From positions 1 through 23,377 of the forward strand of contig JBKJLC010000220.1 in NCBI GenBank assembly GCA_046597055.1: 23,377 nt of DNA. The letters run 5' to 3'. Below are positions 19,677 to 23,377 of the stretch, piece after piece. Source of the DNA: Kofleriaceae bacterium. GTDB lineage: Bacteria > Myxococcota_A > Polyangia > Haliangiales > Haliangiaceae. Both the position numbers and the translations under genes were made by a program. The notes under the pieces were generated by a model, which saw only the letters and a list, made by a program, of their open reading frames with translations, was not told the DNA's origin and ran no database searches. Each line of letters begins with the position of its first letter. Position 1 is the first letter of the stretch.

Positions 19677-20077
19677 CCCGGGGGCCGGCCCTCCCCACCC
19701 TCAGCCGTGACGACGGCGCCCGTCGCCATGTCGATGTCGAACTCGTGCGCGCACTTCGGGCACGCCACGTGGTGCTTCGGCGTGCCCTGCTCCTCGTTGA
19801 TCTTGCGGTAGAACTCCTGCAAGTAGGCGAGGTCGGTCGAGAACAAGTTCTCGACCAGGTCCACGGTCACCCGCTCGATGTCACCCAGCTTGGTGACCAC
19901 CCGCGACAGCAAAATGATCACCAGGTACGCGCGGTTCGACTGAACCCGGTAGTCCTGTAGCGGGATGATCTCGTCGCGCGCGGTAGCGAGGCGCATCACG
20001 CCGTCGCGATGGACGTTGCCCTCGCCGTCGACAAACCCGCGGGGCAGGCGGAAGCGAAACTCGGTCTTCATTCCCAT
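19673..20077 (-). CDS. Tail assembly chaperone (gpG-like) of eCIS (134 aa)
   Basis: TEFRFRLPRGFVDGEGNVHRDGVMRLATARDEI...LLSRVVTKLG...ENLFSTDLAYLQEFYRKIN...CPKCAHEF matches the small protein that follows the tube gene in eCIS loci. Confidence 0.85.
   Translation of the reverse strand: MGMKTEFRFRLPRGFVDGEGNVHRDGVMRLATARDEIIPLQDYRVQSNRAYLVIILLSRVVTKLGDIERVTVDLVENLFSTDLAYLQEFYRKINEEQGTPKHHVACPKCAHEFDIDMATGAVVTAEGGEGRPPG
19676..19682 (-). promoter_or_regulatory. Putative -1 ribosomal frameshift heptamer C CCG GGG
   Basis: X XXY YYZ pattern in the correct phase immediately before the TAG at 19675-19673. An SD-like GGGGAGGG lies at 19696-19689. Confidence 0.65.
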
Positions 20078-20119
20078 GTGGAATCGGTCTCGAGGTGAGA
20101 GTTAGACGTCGGGTCCCCT

Positions 20120-20158
20120 GAAACACGACGGCCCACCTTCGGGATCGAAGGCGGGCCG
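20120..20158 (-). terminator. Intrinsic terminator-like hairpin downstream of the tandem tube gene
   Basis: Minus-strand RNA CGGCCCGCCUUCG-AUCC-CGAAGGUGGGCCG forms a 13-bp stem with one G-U pair that works only on this strand, followed by UCGUGUUUC. Confidence 0.7.
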
Positions 20159-20195
20159 CAAAGGTATCACAGAGACGGAGGAAACAGGCGGAGGG

Positions 20196-21110
20196 TCAGA
20201 CCCAGGTCCGCTTGAGCCGGCAACCCTCCAGCATCCACTCCACAGTCAGGATGGCCATGCCGTCCGCACCACCCTTGAGCTCGGGTGCCCAGGTGAACTT
20301 CGAAGGCGCAGTGGCCTCGAACGTGAAGCTTGCGAGCTCCTTCGCCATCGTCTGGTCCTTGACAAACACTGCCCAGTCTTCGAACTCGTGATCTTCAATA
20401 ATGCCGTTTTGTAGCACCTTGACGCACAAGTCTTGGACCGGCAGATAGTTGTGCGACGAGTGCTCGGTCGTCAAGCCGGAGACCTCCCACGCCGCGTAAT
20501 GCTTCGTGGACAACCGCATCATGCCGGTATGCTCCTCGGCAATCTTGGCCACGCTCTTTGGCAGCGTAATCGCTGTCACGCCGAGCGGATCGATGCCGCC
20601 AGGCATCCCGCTCGGCTCGAAGTTCGAGACGAGCCAGTTCTTGGCCTTCTTGCTCAGCGCGGCCTTGATGACGTTGTTGTCACCGGCAGCGTACGTGGCG
20701 CCTTCGCACACGGCGGTGACGGTCATCTCCATGTGCTTCTTGCCGTCCTTGGCATCGAGCTTGGGAAACGACAACTCCTTCACGAGGCAGCCCGCCATGT
20801 CGATGCGGCGCTTGGCCTTGTAGTTCTGGTCAGCCAGGATCACGGCCATCTGGAATTCGGTGCAGCTCTTGTTGAGCACCGATTCCATGACAGTCCACAT
20901 CGGTCCCGCATCCGCCATGTTGACGACGAGCTTGGGGTCGCCGAACTTGACGTTCCCGTGCATCTGCTTGGTCTCGCCGCCCGGACCGAGCGCCTGCGAA
21001 ATCTTTTCGGTCTCCAGGGTCGGCGCCGTGAAGGACGACAGGTAGCCAGGTTCGCCGTTATCGATCGTGCACATGAAGTTCGAAACGTTGTATCCAGCTT
21101 TCAGTGCCAT
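20196..21110 (-). CDS. Divergent tail-tube-like protein with two tandem gp19-like domains (~304 aa)
   Basis: Occupies the tube slot after sheath 1. Each half begins with VSNF and ends with a P.L.....EG segment (ELSFPKLDAK...VCEG; FTWAPELKGG...MLEG). Start placed at 21110, 8 nt after AAGGGAG, not at 21170. Confidence 0.7.
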   Translation of the reverse strand: MALKAGYNVSNFMCTIDNGEPGYLSSFTAPTLETEKISQALGPGGETKQMHGNVKFGDPKLVVNMADAGPMWTVMESVLNKSCTEFQMAVILADQNYKAKRRIDMAGCLVKELSFPKLDAKDGKKHMEMTVTAVCEGATYAAGDNNVIKAALSKKAKNWLVSNFEPSGMPGGIDPLGVTAITLPKSVAKIAEEHTGMMRLSTKHYAAWEVSGLTTEHSSHNYLPVQDLCVKVLQNGIIEDHEFEDWAVFVKDQTMAKELASFTFEATAPSKFTWAPELKGGADGMAILTVEWMLEGCRLKRTWV

Positions 21111-21166
21111 GCTCATCGCTCCCTTGCGTGTAACGGTTTGAGTCGTTGCACGGAGGCTGCTGAGAA

Positions 21167-21192
21167 TCATCGAGCCCTGTCAGGCTCGATGA
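21167..21192. promoter_or_regulatory. Perfect 10-bp hairpin in the leader of the tandem tube gene
   Basis: tcatcgagcc-ctgtca-ggctcgatga. Confidence 0.5.
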
Positions 21193-21245
21193 CTCGCGGC
21201 GACCCCCCTGTTTCAAACAGAATAAGTAGTCGTTCGTAGTACGGG

Positions 21246-21274
21246 GGGGAGCGGGAAATTCTTCCCCTGCTCCC
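21246..21274 (-). promoter_or_regulatory. Stem-loop immediately after the sheath 1 stop
   Basis: Minus-strand RNA GGGAGC(A)GGGGAA-GAA-UUUCCCGCUCCC. There is no clear U-tract. Confidence 0.5.
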
Positions 21275-21288
21275 TCACCCGTCGTGAA

Positions 21289-22509
<1,221 letters not shown>

Positions 22510-22590
22510 TTCGTAACCCTCCCTCAGATGTTTCTTTGGTTGGCGGCCCAGAGTGGGCCACCGATTTTCGCCGAGCTCAGCCCGGCCGAA

Positions 22591-23286
22591 TCATTTGGTG
22601 CGACCTCCGCGGAGGTCGAGACGGCGCGCGAATGGGTTGGGGCTGGGCCCCTCCTCGCGCACCTGCGGATCGTGGATGTTGCGGTATTGGAGCTGGCGCG
22701 TCCGCACACGCTGGAACTCGTCCATCTTCTCGGGAATAATGGGCACAGCTGTCCACACCGAGACAGCCGGGCGCACCGGCTGGTTCAGGCTGCCCCAGAA
22801 GCGCGCGAGCGTCCCCTCATCGAGGCGGGTCGAAAGAATGAGCGGCAAGCCTTCCCCCTCATCGAGGGACTCCTCGAAGGTGGTGCCCTTGAGCCGGTCT
22901 TTTGGGATCTCCGGGTTGTCGATCACGGTGCGCAGGATCAACCCGAGCAGCAGCTGCTCGTCTTCCGGCGTCTGCGCCCAGGCCGACACCAGATAGTCGC
23001 AACGGATCAACAAGCGACGCCGTCGCATGAACTCCTTGACCGTACCGTCGTCCTGCGCGACCTCGACGATCTCGGAGGTCGCGTTTGCGCTGAGGCCTTC
23101 CGGATCGAGCGCGAGCTGGTAGAGGTAGACCGAGACCGCGGGCAGCTTGCCCTCGATGGTGTCGGGTTTCGGCGCCTGACCGACGATGTGGACGCGCTTG
23201 TAGCCCGCGCGGCGGAACTCATCCTGGAGGAACCTCGACAGCGTGTCCGAGGTGTCCTTGATGATGTGATGCTGCGGTGACTGCAT
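22591..23286 (-). CDS. Pvc16/Afp16-like (DUF4255) cap / tail terminator protein (231 aa)
   Basis: IIKDTSDTL..FL, VSVYLYQL, YLVSAWA...EDEQLLLG..LR, FWGSLNQPVRPAV. It is the first gene before the sheath, as in many eCIS loci. Confidence 0.88.
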   Translation of the reverse strand: MQSPQHHIIKDTSDTLSRFLQDEFRRAGYKRVHIVGQAPKPDTIEGKLPAVSVYLYQLALDPEGLSANATSEIVEVAQDDGTVKEFMRRRRLLIRCDYLVSAWAQTPEDEQLLLGLILRTVIDNPEIPKDRLKGTTFEESLDEGEGLPLILSTRLDEGTLARFWGSLNQPVRPAVSVWTAVPIIPEKMDEFQRVRTRQLQYRNIHDPQVREEGPSPNPFARRLDLRGGRTK

Positions 23287-23377
23287 TTCCGCTGAGGACG
23301 CGAGGGATTAGAAATCGGGGAAAGGATGCGGGCAAGGGCCGGCGGTGGCTTTCACCCGCCGGGGTTCCTCGCGCGCC

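Noticed and set aside
21111..21170. ORF-track start of the tandem tube gene at 21170
   Set aside because: That ATG lies within a hairpin and lacks an RBS. AAGGGAG is properly spaced for the ATG at 21110.
23339..23362. Inverted repeat ccggcgg...ccgccgg upstream of the cap gene
   Set aside because: A 7-bp all-GC stem is likely by chance at this GC content, and the context is truncated by the window edge.

Overview
GC-rich bacterial DNA (a myxobacterial origin is plausible but only inferred) filled by one minus-strand cluster encoding an extracellular contractile injection system (eCIS, Afp/PVC-like headless phage tail). Gene order, right to left: Pvc16/DUF4255-like cap, sheath 1, a divergent tandem two-domain tube-like protein, a tail assembly chaperone plus a start-less DUF6760-like frame, sheath 2, a canonical gp19 tube, a 1694-aa Ala/Pro-rich protein, a LysM-less tube initiator, a gp27-like hub, two gp5/gpV spikes (the second with a ~750-aa Gly/Ala repeat tail), a 61-aa Zn-ribbon protein, gp25, baseplate J, a PASTA + P2 tail-I fusion, and a baseplate-anchored putative receptor-binding protein. 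No capsid, terminase, integrase, T6SS membrane complex, PAAR or AAA+ ATPase gene is visible in the window. The main oddities are a probable programmed -1 frameshift (C CCG GGG TAG) resembling phage G/G-T chaperones, the tandem tube gene, the silk-like spike extension, the PASTA baseplate fusion and an internal sigma70-like promoter. All family calls come from motif recognition and gene order, not database searches.
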